Counted from the stretch's first letter, positions 1-11,121 are shown. The stretch: DNA of 64,000 nt from Escherichia coli (GCF_048403405.1 NZ_CP183129.1); one strand, 5' to 3'. Notes: generated by a model from the letters alone, not told the origin. Program-made: numbers and translations.

Positions 1-1001
1 CCGGAAATAGACGCGTTCATTTTATACAGTGCACCAATCGCGCCCGCTGCCATAAAGTAACGGGTATAGATGTCCGGGCTAACCGATTCAATAAAGTGGT
101 CATAATAAGCCAGCACTGCCGGAACAATGCCACAAGCACCGTTGGTTGGCGCAGTTACCACACGACCACCGGCGGCGTTTTCTTCGTTAACTGCCAGCGC
201 AAACATGTTTACCCAGTCAATGACATTCATCGGATCGTTAGACAGTTTATCGCTGGAAACTAACATCCGGCGCAGGGCCGACGCACGACGCGGCACGCGC
301 AGCGGGCCTGGCAGTACGCCTTCGGTGTTCATCCCGCGATCGATACATGCCTGCATGGTTTGCCAGACATGAGCGAAATACTCGTCGATCTCTTTCTTGC
401 TGTGCAGCGCCAGTTCGTTCTGCATAGCGAGACCAGACAGCGAATAGCCGGTTTCATTGCAGTACGCCAGCAGTTCGGTGGCAGATTTGAACGGATACGG
501 CACGCTCACTTCGTTGGCGGCATCCTGACCAAAGTGTTCTTCATCGACGATAAAACCGCCGCCGATGGAATAATAAGTTTTGCTGTAGACGACTTCATCG
601 CCGTTATAGGCGTGGATTTGCATACCGTTTTCATGCAGCGGCAGGTTGCCGTTATGAAAACGCATCCCGTTGTCGCGCGGGAAATCCACTTCATGCCGTC
701 CCTGTGCCAGCAGCAGACGTTCGCGCTCTTCTACGTCGCGAATAAAACCGGGAATACTGTCGATATCCACGGTGGCAGGTTCGTTACCTGCAAGACCCAT
801 AATAATGGCGATATCGGTGTGGTGGCCTTTACCCGTCAGCGACAGTGAACCATAAACGTCCACGGCAACGCGAGTAACGCTATCCAGTAAGCCTTTTTCG
901 ACCAGATCATCGACGAACTGTTTACCCGCCTTCATAGGCCCTACGGTATGGGAAGATGAGGGACCAATCCCCACCTTAAACATGTCGAATAGACTAATCA
1001 C
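1..1001 (-). CDS. sdaA: L-serine dehydratase 1, partial (3' end lies beyond window start)
   Basis: Minus-strand translation from GTG at 1001 reads [33 protein letters not shown]...; frame stays open to position 1; adjacent to nudL-pabB as in E. coli. Confidence 0.85.
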   Translation of the reverse strand, partial: MISLFDMFKVGIGPSSSHTVGPMKAGKQFVDDLVEKGLLDSVTRVAVDVYGSLSLTGKGHHTDIAIIMGLAGNEPATVDIDSIPGFIRDVEERERLLLAQGRHEVDFPRDNGMRFHNGNLPLHENGMQIHAYNGDEVVYSKTYYSIGGGFIVDEEHFGQDAANEVSVPYPFKSATELLAYCNETGYSLSGLAMQNELALHSKKEIDEYFAHVWQTMQACIDRGMNTEGVLPGPLRVPRRASALRRMLVSSDKLSNDPMNVIDWVNMFALAVNEENAAGGRVVTAPTNGACGIVPAVLAYYDHFIESVSPDIYTRYFMAAGAIGALYKMNASIS

Positions 1002-1184
1002 GATAATACTCCTGACAAGGTGACTGGACTTCCAGTAACGAACTAATAACAGCGCATAGTGTAAGAGGGAACGCGGCGACTGGCTTAACTATTCACATGA
1101 ATTAAACTAATCAAAAACCGCGATTTAACTAATATTGCGATGATTGTCTCAAGTAGTGTTTTGTAGATGTAAAGATAAGTATAG

Positions 1185-1763
1185 TCAGGGTTTCACACCA
1201 ATTTGCAGCGCCAGCTCACGAATTATGCCTGCGGTCATTCCCCATACAAAATACTGTTCGTACCAGGACAGCCATACCCGATGTGAATCGCCACGGCGGT
1301 AGATATCTAAAGGGTGATAACGACCCAGATGTAATGCCTGGGCGAGCGGCATTTCAAACACCGCCGAGACTTCATCTTCACTGGCGCGATACGGCAGATC
1401 GGGCGGGATAATGCCGACCACTGGGGTTACCTGGTAGCCAGTTACGCTATCGACGGGCGGCAGCACGCCGATAACTTCAACGGCGGAAGGCGGTATAGCG
1501 ACCTCTTCTTCAGCTTCGCGCAGCGCGGCGGCGATAACTGATGCATCCGTGTCATCGACTGCGCCTCCAGGGAATGCCACTTGTCCAGCGTGTTTACGCA
1601 GATGAATTGAACGCTGAGTCAGCAACAACCCCGGTTGCGGTCGACGGACGATGGGGATTAACACGGCAGCCTGACGATGATTTAGGGTTTCCCGGTTAAT
1701 TTGCGGGCGCAAAAGTTGAAAGCGCGATAAAAAATCATCAAGCGTCAGGCTACGGTATTCCAC
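1185..1763 (-). CDS. nudL: CoA pyrophosphohydrolase, Nudix family
   Basis: 192-aa ORF with Nudix box [25 protein letters not shown]. Confidence 0.9.
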
Positions 1764-1766
1764 GTC

Positions 1767-3128
1767 TTACTTCTCCAGTTGGCGTAATATCTTATTAACT
1801 TTATCAAAAGTTTCCTGATATTCCGCTTCTTCCTGGCTATCGGCGACAATTCCACCGCCCGCAGAGCAGTATATTTGTCCGTTAATGGCAGTCAGAGTGC
1901 GGATAGTAATGCTGGTGTCCATGTTGCCGCAAAAGCTCAAATAGCCAATGCTGCCGCACCAGGCATTACGTCGCTGCGGTTCCAGTTCGTCGATAATTTC
2001 CATAGCCCGTACTTTCGGAGCCCCGGTTATTGAGCCACCAGGAAAAGCTGCGCGCAGCAGATCGCTGGCGTGTAACTGTTCTGGTAGTTGCGCCGTTATG
2101 GTGCTGACCAGATGATGCACGGCAGGGAAGGGTTCCACCACGAACAGCTCTGGTACTTTTACCGAACCTGCTACGGCAACACGACCGATATCATTACGCA
2201 TTAAATCGACAATCATCAGATTTTCGGCACGATCTTTCGCTGAGTTCGCCAGTTTTTCTGCTTGTTTGCTATCTTCCTGAGGATCGGGCAGGCGTGGTAG
2301 CGTGCCTTTAATCGGGCGGGTCTGGATTTCACTATTATCACAAAGGATAAACCGCTCTGGCGAAAGGCTTAAAATCGCACCCTGTTCAAGACGTAAAAAA
2401 GCGCTAAACGGCGCGCGGTTGGCCTGATTAAGCTGAAGGAATGCCTGCCATTCATCGCCAGAATAGGTCGCATGAAAACGCTGGGCGAGATTCACCTGAT
2501 AGCAATCACCGCTGTGCAGATATTCCTGTACCTGGCGAAATTTTTCGCCGTACTGCTCGCGGGTCATATTGGATTGCCAGTCGGAAGTGAGCGTGAAATC
2601 TTCCTGCGGGGAGAATTGCTGGCTTTCCAGCCATGCCCGACGGGCATTGACATCATTATGACTCAGCAAAGAAACTGTATGACGCTGGTGGTCAACAACC
2701 AGCGCCCAGTCGTAGATACCCACTGCCATATCCGGCAGAACGATATCTTGCTGCGCAATTTCTGGCAGTGACTCAAAACGGCGGCCCAGATCGTAGCCAA
2801 ACAACCCCAGTGCGCCGCCCTGAAATGGCAAATCTTCGTTATGCGTTGGGCGAATGTCTGCGCGATCCAGCACCTGCTGGAGCACCTGTAGCGGGTCATC
2901 AGTGGTCGTTGTGCGTTTTTCGCTTTCACTAACAACGGTTTCTTTACCGAAAGTGGTTAAAGTGCAAATCGGCTCGGCGACCACAATATCAAAGCGGCTA
3001 TATGGATGATCGGCATAGCCGGAGTGTAAAAGCATCGCCCACGGCAGGTGGCTTAAGCGGGAGAAATAAAATTCAGCGGCGTCCTGACGCCAGGGTAAAG
3101 TAATCACAGCGGGAGATAACGTCTTCAT
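1767..3128 (-). CDS. pabB: aminodeoxychorismate synthase component I
   Basis: 453-aa ORF, chorismate-binding enzyme family (…SLSPERF…, …PGGSITGAPK…); 3 bp downstream-adjacent to nudL. Confidence 0.93.
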   Translation of the reverse strand: MKTLSPAVITLPWRQDAAEFYFSRLSHLPWAMLLHSGYADHPYSRFDIVVAEPICTLTTFGKETVVSESEKRTTTTDDPLQVLQQVLDRADIRPTHNEDLPFQGGALGLFGYDLGRRFESLPEIAQQDIVLPDMAVGIYDWALVVDHQRHTVSLLSHNDVNARRAWLESQQFSPQEDFTLTSDWQSNMTREQYGEKFRQVQEYLHSGDCYQVNLAQRFHATYSGDEWQAFLQLNQANRAPFSAFLRLEQGAILSLSPERFILCDNSEIQTRPIKGTLPRLPDPQEDSKQAEKLANSAKDRAENLMIVDLMRNDIGRVAVAGSVKVPELFVVEPFPAVHHLVSTITAQLPEQLHASDLLRAAFPGGSITGAPKVRAMEIIDELEPQRRNAWCGSIGYLSFCGNMDTSITIRTLTAINGQIYCSAGGGIVADSQEEAEYQETFDKVNKILRQLEK

Positions 3129-3200
3129 CAGTCCTGACTCTACTGGCTATGTGCCGGGTAGCATGAAATAATTAGCGCCAACAATTTAGCAGGAGTTAAC

Positions 3201-3381
3201 AATGTTTGCAGGTTTACCTTCACTCACCCATGAACAGCAGCAAAAAGCCGTCGAGCGGATCCAGGAACTGATGGCACAAGGGATGAGCAGCGGCCAGGCA
3301 ATCGCGCTGGTGGCAGAAGAGCTGCGTGCCAACCATTCCGGCGAGCGAATCGTGGCGCGTTTTGAGGATGAAGACGAGTAA
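3201..3381 (+). CDS. yoaH: small UPF0181-family protein (59 aa)
   Basis: ATG at 3201 preceded by AGGAG; reads [59 protein letters not shown]; below ORF-track size cutoff. Confidence 0.75.
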
Positions 3382-3435
3382 CACACTAATCCGTATCGCT
3401 TTCGTTATAGAAGCCGATGATTATTTGATTGTGAG

Positions 3436-3472
3436 AAAAAGGACGCTTTTCATATGTGATTAAAAGCGTCCT
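3436..3472 (-). terminator. intrinsic terminator hairpin between convergent yoaH and yoaC
   Basis: Inverted repeat AGGACGCTTTT / AAAAGCGTCCT with 11-nt loop; A-run on plus side gives a U-tract for the minus-strand yoaC transcript. Confidence 0.6.
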
Positions 3473-3500
3473 GACCCATTTATGCTGATGTAAATTTTAC

Positions 3501-3800
3501 TCAGACCAGTGCTTTTAGTTCTTCCTGCATATATGTTGAAAAGTATTCAGGATTTTTAATCACAATGCGTTCACCAGACTCCATTTTTTTTGCCCATCCA
3601 ACCATTTTTTCCGTGAACCCCGGGTTCCAGCCTTCCTGGTCAGCTCGCGCCGTAATATCGGCGGCGCTCGCGGGTACTCCCAGTTCTTTTAAATATTTAA
3701 AGATTCCCTTCGCCGTGCTTTCATTCATCGAACTTGGTGTTGGTGCTGATACATCCATGGCACCAATGAAATCCAGGGCTTTATCTATTACAGCAGGCAT
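3501..3800 (-). CDS. yoaC: DUF1889 family protein
   Basis: Track ORF 3501..3860; internal ATG at 3800 (MPAVIDKALDF…) has an AAGGA ribosome-binding site, the 3860 start has none; gives 99 aa. Confidence 0.8.
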   Translation of the reverse strand: MPAVIDKALDFIGAMDVSAPTPSSMNESTAKGIFKYLKELGVPASAADITARADQEGWNPGFTEKMVGWAKKMESGERIVIKNPEYFSTYMQEELKALV

Positions 3801-4221
3801 ATTCTTATCCTTAAAATTAACCATGTTATCGATAAGGCTATATATGACCTTAATTTGCATCTAATATCAAAGGGATTATAACGATATGGCACGAGTTAAC
3901 CTGTTGACATTCAGGTGTTTTAAAGGTAGCAGTTCATGGTGTGTTATCCAGTAAGAGGGAGAAAATTGACGGTCAGTTCTCACGCTATAACCAAATTGTT
4001 CAGCTAAGAAAGAAAACCAGAGATGCTAATCGAAGGGCGAACACAACGGCATGGTTATGTTTATTTATATAGTTAGCTTTATAGCTAAAATTGAAATTAT
4101 AAAAATAAATAATGAATTAGCAGGAGCATCAACAGTAATATCTTAATCTCTGGTCGATTTATGTAAAACCGACCAGTATTATCGATAAATTATCGTCTGA
4201 CTTATTTTGCTTCGATAAAGC

Positions 4222-4566
4222 TTACACCGCAGCCACAATCTTAATTTCAACTTTATACTTCGGGTTCATCAAACCCGCTTGTACCGTGCAGCGCACCGGC
4301 GCATGACCCGCGACAACCCAGGCATCCCACGCTTTATTCATCGCCGCGAAGTCGTTTTTATCGGCCAGGAAAATGGTGGCATCCAGAATGCTCGATTTAT
4401 TGCTGCCCTGTTTTTCCAGCACGGCGTCAATCTGCGCCAGCGTGTTGGCGGTTTGCTCAAAGGCATCGGCGTCGAGGTTTTCCGGTACACCAGTGTAGTA
4501 GAGCGTGTTGTTGTGGATTACTACATCAGACCAGCGGGCTTCAGCATCGATACGAACGATAGTCAT
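4222..4566 (-). CDS. yoaB: RidA/YjgF-family protein
   Basis: Track ORF 4222..4614; start chosen at MTIVRIDAEARW… giving 114 aa. Confidence 0.8.
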   Translation of the reverse strand: MTIVRIDAEARWSDVVIHNNTLYYTGVPENLDADAFEQTANTLAQIDAVLEKQGSNKSSILDATIFLADKNDFAAMNKAWDAWVVAGHAPVRCTVQAGLMNPKYKVEIKIVAAV

Positions 4567-4697
4567 CATTTTGTCCTCATTATCCTTCCATTTTCGTGCT
4601 GCAAAGACTGCCACAATGTGAGGTCGCCGTCACCACTTCAACTGGCGAAAGCGCCCTCATCCTGACATAATCCCTGTTCAAATCAACAGGGGGTAGT

Positions 4698-6608
4698 GTG
4701 ACGGACGATTTTGCACCAGACGGTCAGTTGGCGAAAGCGATACCGGGCTTTAAGCCGCGAGAACCACAGCGACAGATGGCGGTAGCCGTCACCCAGGCGA
4801 TAGAAAAAGGCCAGCCGCTGGTGGTGGAAGCCGGAACCGGTACGGGCAAAACCTACGCTTACCTGGCCCCTGCGCTGCGGGCGAAAAAGAAAGTCATTAT
4901 CTCGACCGGTTCAAAAGCGTTGCAGGATCAGCTCTACAGCCGCGATTTGCCAACAGTCTCAAAGGCATTGAAATATACGGGCAACGTGGCGCTGCTGAAA
5001 GGGCGCTCAAACTACCTCTGCCTCGAACGTCTCGAACAACAGGCGCTAGCGGGCGGCGATCTGCCGGTACAAATCTTAAGCGATGTGATCCTGCTGCGCT
5101 CCTGGTCTAATCAAACAGTCGATGGTGATATCAGCACCTGCGTCAGCGTGGCGGAAGATTCACAGGCGTGGCCGCTGGTCACCAGCACCAACGACAACTG
5201 TCTTGGCAGCGACTGCCCGATGTATAAAGATTGCTTTGTGGTCAAAGCACGCAAAAAAACGATGGACGCCGATGTGGTGGTGGTAAACCATCATCTCTTT
5301 CTGGCGGATATGGTGGTGAAAGAGAGTGGATTTGGCGAACTGATCCCGGAAGCTGACGTGATGATCTTCGACGAAGCCCACCAACTGCCCGACATTGCCA
5401 GCCAGTATTTTGGTCAGTCACTCTCCAGTCGACAACTGCTCGACCTGGCAAAAGACATCACCATCGCCTATCGCACCGAATTAAAAGATACTCAGCAGTT
5501 ACAAAAGTGCGCCGACCGCCTTGCCCAGAGCGCGCAGGATTTTCGTCTGCAACTCGGTGAGCCTGGTTATCGTGGCAACCTGCGCGAACTGTTAGCTAAT
5601 CCGCAAATTCAGCGAGCATTTTTACTGCTCGATGACACCCTGGAACTTTGTTATGACGTGGCGAAACTGTCGCTGGGGCGCTCCGCCTTGCTGGATGCGG
5701 CATTTGAGCGCGCCACGTTGTATCGTACGCGGCTGAAACGGCTAAAAGAGATCAATCAGCCAGGCTACAGCTACTGGTACGAATGCACTTCGCGCCATTT
5801 TACTCTGGCACTCACGCCGCTCAGCGTGGCGGATAAATTTAAAGAGTTAATGGCGCAAAAGCCAGGTAGCTGGATTTTTACCTCGGCAACGCTGTCGGTG
5901 AACGACGATCTGCATCATTTCACCTCGCGGCTTGGCATCGAACAGGCGGAGTCGTTGCTGTTACCCAGCCCCTTTGATTACAGCCGCCAGGCGTTACTCT
6001 GTGTGCCGCGCAACCTGCCGCAAACTAATCAACCGGGTTCCGCACGGCAACTGGCGGCAATGCTGCGACCGATCATCGAAGCTAACAACGGTCGTTGTTT
6101 TATGCTTTGTACCTCGCACGCCATGATGCGCGATCTGGCTGAGCAGTTCCGCGCTACCATGACGCTTCCCGTTTTGTTGCAGGGGGAAACCAGCAAAGGG
6201 CAACTGTTGCAGCAATTTGTCAGCGCCGGTAACGCGCTTCTTGTGGCAACCAGCAGCTTCTGGGAAGGGGTGGATGTGCGTGGCGATACATTGTCGCTGG
6301 TGATTATCGACAAGTTGCCGTTTACCTCACCGGATGATCCACTATTAAAAGCGCGCATGGAAGATTGTCGTTTGCGCGGAGGCGACCCGTTCGATGAAGT
6401 ACAGCTGCCGGATGCGGTCATTACTCTCAAGCAGGGAGTAGGGCGATTGATTCGCGACGCCGACGATCGAGGGGTTTTGGTGATTTGCGATAATCGGCTG
6501 GTGATGCGCCCTTACGGCGCGACGTTTCTCGCCAGTCTGCCGCCAGCGCCGCGCACCCGTGACATTGCCCGTGCGGTTCGTTTCCTTGCGATACCATCCT
6601 CCAGGTAA
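4698..6608 (+). CDS. yoaA: ATP-dependent DNA helicase, DinG family
   Basis: 636-aa ORF, GTG start; Walker A AGTGTGKT and DEAH box (MIFDEAHQL). Confidence 0.93.
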   Translation: MTDDFAPDGQLAKAIPGFKPREPQRQMAVAVTQAIEKGQPLVVEAGTGTGKTYAYLAPALRAKKKVIISTGSKALQDQLYSRDLPTVSKALKYTGNVALLKGRSNYLCLERLEQQALAGGDLPVQILSDVILLRSWSNQTVDGDISTCVSVAEDSQAWPLVTSTNDNCLGSDCPMYKDCFVVKARKKTMDADVVVVNHHLFLADMVVKESGFGELIPEADVMIFDEAHQLPDIASQYFGQSLSSRQLLDLAKDITIAYRTELKDTQQLQKCADRLAQSAQDFRLQLGEPGYRGNLRELLANPQIQRAFLLLDDTLELCYDVAKLSLGRSALLDAAFERATLYRTRLKRLKEINQPGYSYWYECTSRHFTLALTPLSVADKFKELMAQKPGSWIFTSATLSVNDDLHHFTSRLGIEQAESLLLPSPFDYSRQALLCVPRNLPQTNQPGSARQLAAMLRPIIEANNGRCFMLCTSHAMMRDLAEQFRATMTLPVLLQGETSKGQLLQQFVSAGNALLVATSSFWEGVDVRGDTLSLVIIDKLPFTSPDDPLLKARMEDCRLRGGDPFDEVQLPDAVITLKQGVGRLIRDADDRGVLVICDNRLVMRPYGATFLASLPPAPRTRDIARAVRFLAIPSSR

Positions 6609-6665
6609 TTTGTGATGGAGTATGGTATGATGCGCGCCTTTTTATTGATCTAAGCACGAAGACCC

Positions 6666-7361
6666 ATGCGAATTCTGGCTATCGATACCGCGACAGAGGC
6701 CTGCTCTGTCGCCCTGTGGAACGACGGTACGGTCAACGCTCATTTTGAGCTTTGCCCTCGTGAACATACTCAACGAATCTTACCGATGGTGCAGGATATC
6801 CTGACCACCAGCGGAACTTCCCTGACTGATATTAACGCTCTGGCTTACGGGCGCGGCCCCGGTAGCTTTACTGGCGTGCGCATTGGTATTGGCATCGCGC
6901 AAGGGCTGGCGCTTGGCGCGGAATTACCGATGATTGGCGTCTCCACGCTAATGACGATGGCGCAAGGGGCGTGGCGCAAAAACGGCGCAACACGCGTGCT
7001 GGCAGCCATTGACGCGCGAATGGGCGAAGTTTACTGGGCCGAATATCAGCGTGATGAAAACGGTATCTGGCACGGTGAAGAAACCGAAGCCGTACTCAAA
7101 CCCGAACTCGTTCATGAACGAATGCAACAGCTTTCCGGCGAATGGGTGACGGTAGGGACGGGCTGGCAAGCCTGGCCGGATCTCGGTAAAGAGAGCGGGC
7201 TGGTTTTGCGCGATGGCGAAGTGTTACTCCCCGCTGCAGGAGATATGCTGCCGATTGTTTGTCAGATGTTTGCCGAGGGTAAAACGGTGGCGGTAGAACA
7301 TGCCGAACCGGTTTATTTACGTAACAACGTCGCATGGAAGAAACTTCCGGGCAAAGAATGA
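6666..7361 (+). CDS. tsaB: tRNA threonylcarbamoyladenosine biosynthesis protein TsaB
   Basis: 231-aa [21 protein letters not shown]…, inactive Kae1/YgjD-like fold. Confidence 0.92.
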   Translation: MRILAIDTATEACSVALWNDGTVNAHFELCPREHTQRILPMVQDILTTSGTSLTDINALAYGRGPGSFTGVRIGIGIAQGLALGAELPMIGVSTLMTMAQGAWRKNGATRVLAAIDARMGEVYWAEYQRDENGIWHGEETEAVLKPELVHERMQQLSGEWVTVGTGWQAWPDLGKESGLVLRDGEVLLPAAGDMLPIVCQMFAEGKTVAVEHAEPVYLRNNVAWKKLPGKE

Positions 7362-7400
7362 ATCTTAAGAGTATGCCCTGAGAAAAAAAGGAGTCGCATC

Positions 7401-7982
7401 ATGGCGGTTCAAAAGAACGTTATCAAAGGCATACTGGCAGGTACGTTTGCGCTAATGCTGAGCGGTTGTGTCACTGTGCCGGACGCCATTAAAGGCAGCA
7501 GTCCCACGCCGCAACAAGATTTAGTTCGGGTGATGAGTGCGCCGCAGCTGTACGTTGGTCAGGAGGCACGCTTTGGTGGCAAAGTGGTTGCGGTACAAAA
7601 CCAGCAAGGGAAAACCCGCCTGGAAATTGCTACCGTACCGCTGGACAGCGGAGCCAGACCAACTTTGGGGGAACCTTCACGCGGGCGCATTTATGCCGAT
7701 GTGAACGGTTTTCTGGACCCGGTAGATTTCCGTGGACAACTGGTTACGGTAGTTGGGCCAATCACCGGTGCGGTTGACGGCAAAATCGGCAACACGCCCT
7801 ATAAATTTATGGTGATGCAGGTAACGGGTTACAAACGTTGGCATTTAACCCAGCAGGTGATTATGCCGCCTCAGCCGATTGATCCATGGTTTTATGGCGG
7901 TCGTGGCTGGCCCTATGGCTACGGTGGATGGGGCTGGTATAATCCCGGCCCCGCGAGAGTACAAACTGTTGTAACTGAATAA
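7401..7982 (+). CDS. yeaY: Slp-family outer-membrane lipoprotein
   Basis: 193-aa ORF with lipoprotein signal peptide and lipobox LSGC. Confidence 0.88.
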
Positions 7983-8003
7983 TTGCTTGTTTTTAAAGAA
8001 AAA

Positions 8004-8036
8004 GAAACAGCGGCTGGTCCGCTGTTTCTGCATTCT
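8004..8036 (+). terminator. intrinsic terminator downstream of yeaY
   Basis: Stem GAAACAGCGG / CCGCTGTTTC with loop CTGGT, followed by T-rich TGCATTCTT. Confidence 0.65.
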
Positions 8037-8097
8037 TACGGTAAAGATAAAAATAAATAGTGACGCGCTTCGCAACCTTTTCGTTGGGTAATTATCA

Positions 8098-8114
8098 AGC
8101 TGGTATGATGAGTT
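8098..8114 (+). promoter_or_regulatory. FadR operator in fadD promoter
   Basis: AGCTGGTATGATGAGTT matches the FadR consensus ANCTGGTCNGACNTGTT at most positions; lies about 70 bp upstream of the fadD start. Confidence 0.6.
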
Positions 8115-8186
8115 AATATTATGTTAACGGCATGTATATCATTTGGGGTTGCGATGACGACGAACACGCATTTTAGAGGTGAAGAA

Positions 8187-9871
8187 TTGAAGAAGGTTTG
8201 GCTTAACCGTTATCCCGCGGACGTTCCGACGGAGATCAACCCTGACCGTTATCAATCTCTGGTAGATATGTTTGAGCAGTCGGTCGCGCGCTATGCCGAT
8301 CAACCCGCGTTTGTGAATATGGGGGAGGTGATGACCTTCCGCAAACTGGAAGAACGCAGTCGCGCGTTTGCCGCTTATTTGCAACAAGGGTTGGGACTGA
8401 AGAAAGGCGATCGCGTTGCGTTGATGATGCCTAATTTATTGCAATATCCGGTGGCGCTGTTTGGCATTTTGCGTGCCGGGATGATCGTTGTAAACGTTAA
8501 CCCGTTGTATACCCCGCGTGAGCTTGAGCATCAGCTTAACGATAGCGGCGCATCGGCGATTGTTATCGTGTCTAACTTTGCCCACACTCTGGAAAAAGTG
8601 GTTGATAAAACCGCCGTTCAGCACGTAATTCTGACCCGTATGGGCGATCAGCTATCTACGGCAAAAGGCACGGTAGTCAATTTCGTTGTTAAATACATCA
8701 AGCGTCTGGTGCCGAAATACCATCTGCCAGATGCCATTTCATTTCGTAGCGCCCTGCACAACGGCTACCGGATGCAGTACGTCAAACCCGAACTGGTGCC
8801 GGAAGATTTAGCTTTCCTGCAATACACCGGCGGTACCACTGGTGTGGCGAAAGGCGCGATGCTGACTCACCGCAATATGCTGGCGAACCTGGAACAGGTT
8901 AACGCGACCTATGGTCCGCTGTTGCATCCGGGCAAAGAGCTGGTGGTGACGGCGCTGCCGCTGTATCACATTTTTGCCCTGACCATTAACTGCCTGCTGT
9001 TTATCGAACTGGGGGGCAGAACCTGCTTATCACTAATCCGCGCGATATTCCTGGGTTGGTAAAAGAGTTAGCGAAATATCCGTTTACCGCTATCACTGGC
9101 GTTAACACCTTGTTCAATGCGTTGCTGAACAATAAAGAGTTCCAGCAGCTGGATTTCTCCAGTCTGCATCTTTCCGCAGGCGGAGGGATGCCTGTTCAGC
9201 AAGTGGTGGCAGAACGTTGGGTGAAACTGACTGGACAGTATCTGCTGGAAGGTTATGGCCTGACCGAGTGTGCGCCGCTGGTCAGCGTTAACCCGTATGA
9301 TATTGATTATCATAGCGGTAGCATCGGTTTGCCGGTGCCATCGACGGAAGCCAAACTGGTGGATGACGACGACAACGAAGTACCACCGGGTCAACCGGGT
9401 GAGCTTTGTGTCAAAGGGCCGCAGGTGATGCTGGGTTACTGGCAGCGTCCGGATGCTACCGATGAAATCATCAAAAATGGCTGGTTACACACCGGCGACA
9501 TCGCGGTGATGGATGAAGAAGGATTCCTGCGTATTGTCGATCGCAAAAAAGACATGATTCTGGTTTCCGGTTTTAACGTCTATCCCAACGAGATTGAAGA
9601 TGTCGTCATGCAGCATCCTGGCGTACAGGAAGTCGCGGCTGTTGGCGTACCTTCCGGCTCCAGTGGTGAAGCGGTGAAAATCTTCGTAGTGAAAAAAGAT
9701 CCATCGCTTACCGAAGAGTCACTGGTGACTTTTTGCCGCCGTCAGCTCACGGGCTACAAAGTACCGAAGTTGGTGGAGTTTCGTGATGAGTTACCGAAAT
9801 CTAACGTCGGAAAAATTTTGCGACGAGAATTACGTGACGAAGCGCGCGGCAAAGTGGACAATAAAGCCTGA
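8187..9871 (+). pseudogene. fadD: long-chain fatty acid-CoA ligase, interrupted by a -1 frameshift in this sequence
   Basis: TTG at 8187 reads [14 protein letters not shown]…FIELGG then hits a stop at 9060; the next frame continues [23 protein letters not shown]… to 9871; one base missing after the G6 run at 9011-9017; the two parts total 561 codons. Confidence 0.85.
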
Positions 9872-9888
9872 GCGTTAAGTCAGTCGTC

Positions 9889-9917
9889 AGACGCCGGTTA
9901 ATCCGGCGTTTTTTTTG
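9889..9917 (+). terminator. intrinsic terminator of fadD, immediately upstream of rnd
   Basis: Stem GACGCCGG / CCGGCGT with loop TTAAT followed by T8. Confidence 0.85.
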
Positions 9918-9940
9918 ACGCCCACTAAAGAGAATACAAT

Positions 9941-11068
9941 TTGAATTACCAAATGATTACCACGGACGATGCGCTGGCTTCTTTGTGTGAAGCCGTCCGT
10001 GCCTTTCCGGCGATAGCCCTGGATACTGAATTTGTTCGTACGCGCACCTATTACCCGCAACTGGGTCTAATTCAACTTTTCGATGGCGAGCATCTGGCGC
10101 TAATTGATCCTCTCGGGATCACCGACTGGTCACCGCTGAAAGCGATCCTGCGCGATCCGTCCATCACAAAATTTCTCCATGCAGGCAGTGAAGATCTGGA
10201 AGTGTTCCTCAATGTCTTTGGCGAATTACCACAACCCCTGATTGACACGCAAATCCTTGCTGCCTTCTGCGGACGCCCGATATCATGGGGTTTCGCTTCC
10301 ATGGTGGAAGAGTATTCCGGCGTTACGCTGGACAAGAGTGAATCGCGCACCGACTGGCTGGCCAGACCGCTGACCGAACGTCAGTGTGAATACGCAGCGG
10401 CGGATGTCTGGTATCTGTTACCGATCACCGCAAAGCTTATGGTAGAAACGGAGGCCTCCGGCTGGCTACCTGCGGCGCTGGATGAATGCCGCCTGATGCA
10501 AATGCGTCGTCAGGAAGTCGTTGCACCGGAAGATGCCTGGCGTGATATCACCAATGCCTGGCAGTTACGCACACGCCAACTGGCCTGTCTGCAACTGTTA
10601 GCCGACTGGCGACTGCGCAAGGCGCGGGAGCGCGATCTGGCGGTGAACTTTGTCGTGCGCGAAGAGCATTTGTGGTCGGTAGCGCGTTATATGCCGGGAA
10701 GTTTAGGCGAACTGGACAGCCTGGGCTTATCCGGTAGCGAAATCCGCTTTCACGGTAAAACGCTGCTGGCGCTGGTGGAAAAAGCGCAGACATTGCCGGA
10801 AGAGGCCTTACCGCAGCCGATGCTTAACCTGATGGACATGCCGGGTTATCGTAAAGCGTTTAAAGCGATTAAGTCGCTGATTACTGACGTGAGCGAAACG
10901 CACAAGATCAGCGCCGAATTGCTGGCATCGCGTCGGCAAATCAACCAACTGCTGAACTGGCACTGGAAACTGAAACCGCAGAACAATTTGCCGGAGCTGA
11001 TTTCCGGCTGGCGTGGTGAGCTGATGGCGGAAGCATTACACAATTTATTGCAGGAATATCCGCAGTAA
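9941..11068 (+). CDS. rnd: ribonuclease D
   Basis: 375-aa ORF beginning at TTG 9941 (MNYQMITTDDALASL…); DEDD 3'-5' exonuclease and HRDC domains. Confidence 0.93.
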   Translation: MNYQMITTDDALASLCEAVRAFPAIALDTEFVRTRTYYPQLGLIQLFDGEHLALIDPLGITDWSPLKAILRDPSITKFLHAGSEDLEVFLNVFGELPQPLIDTQILAAFCGRPISWGFASMVEEYSGVTLDKSESRTDWLARPLTERQCEYAAADVWYLLPITAKLMVETEASGWLPAALDECRLMQMRRQEVVAPEDAWRDITNAWQLRTRQLACLQLLADWRLRKARERDLAVNFVVREEHLWSVARYMPGSLGELDSLGLSGSEIRFHGKTLLALVEKAQTLPEEALPQPMLNLMDMPGYRKAFKAIKSLITDVSETHKISAELLASRRQINQLLNWHWKLKPQNNLPELISGWRGELMAEALHNLLQEYPQ

Positions 11069-11074
11069 AATCTT

Positions 11075-11117
11075 CCGAAGCCGGACTGGGCGCACTCAGC
11101 GCCACATCCGGCTTCGG
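11075..11117. terminator. composite palindrome between convergent rnd and yeaX
   Basis: Outer stem CCGAAGCCGGA / TCCGGCTTCGG enclosing inner GGGCGC / GCGCC hairpin. Confidence 0.55.
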
Positions 11118-11121
11118 CAAA

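Noticed and set aside
8121-8186. Upstream extension of the fadD ORF ([22 protein letters not shown]…)
   Set aside because: The extension overlaps the FadR operator and promoter; the TTG at 8187 gives the canonical [11 protein letters not shown]-terminus.
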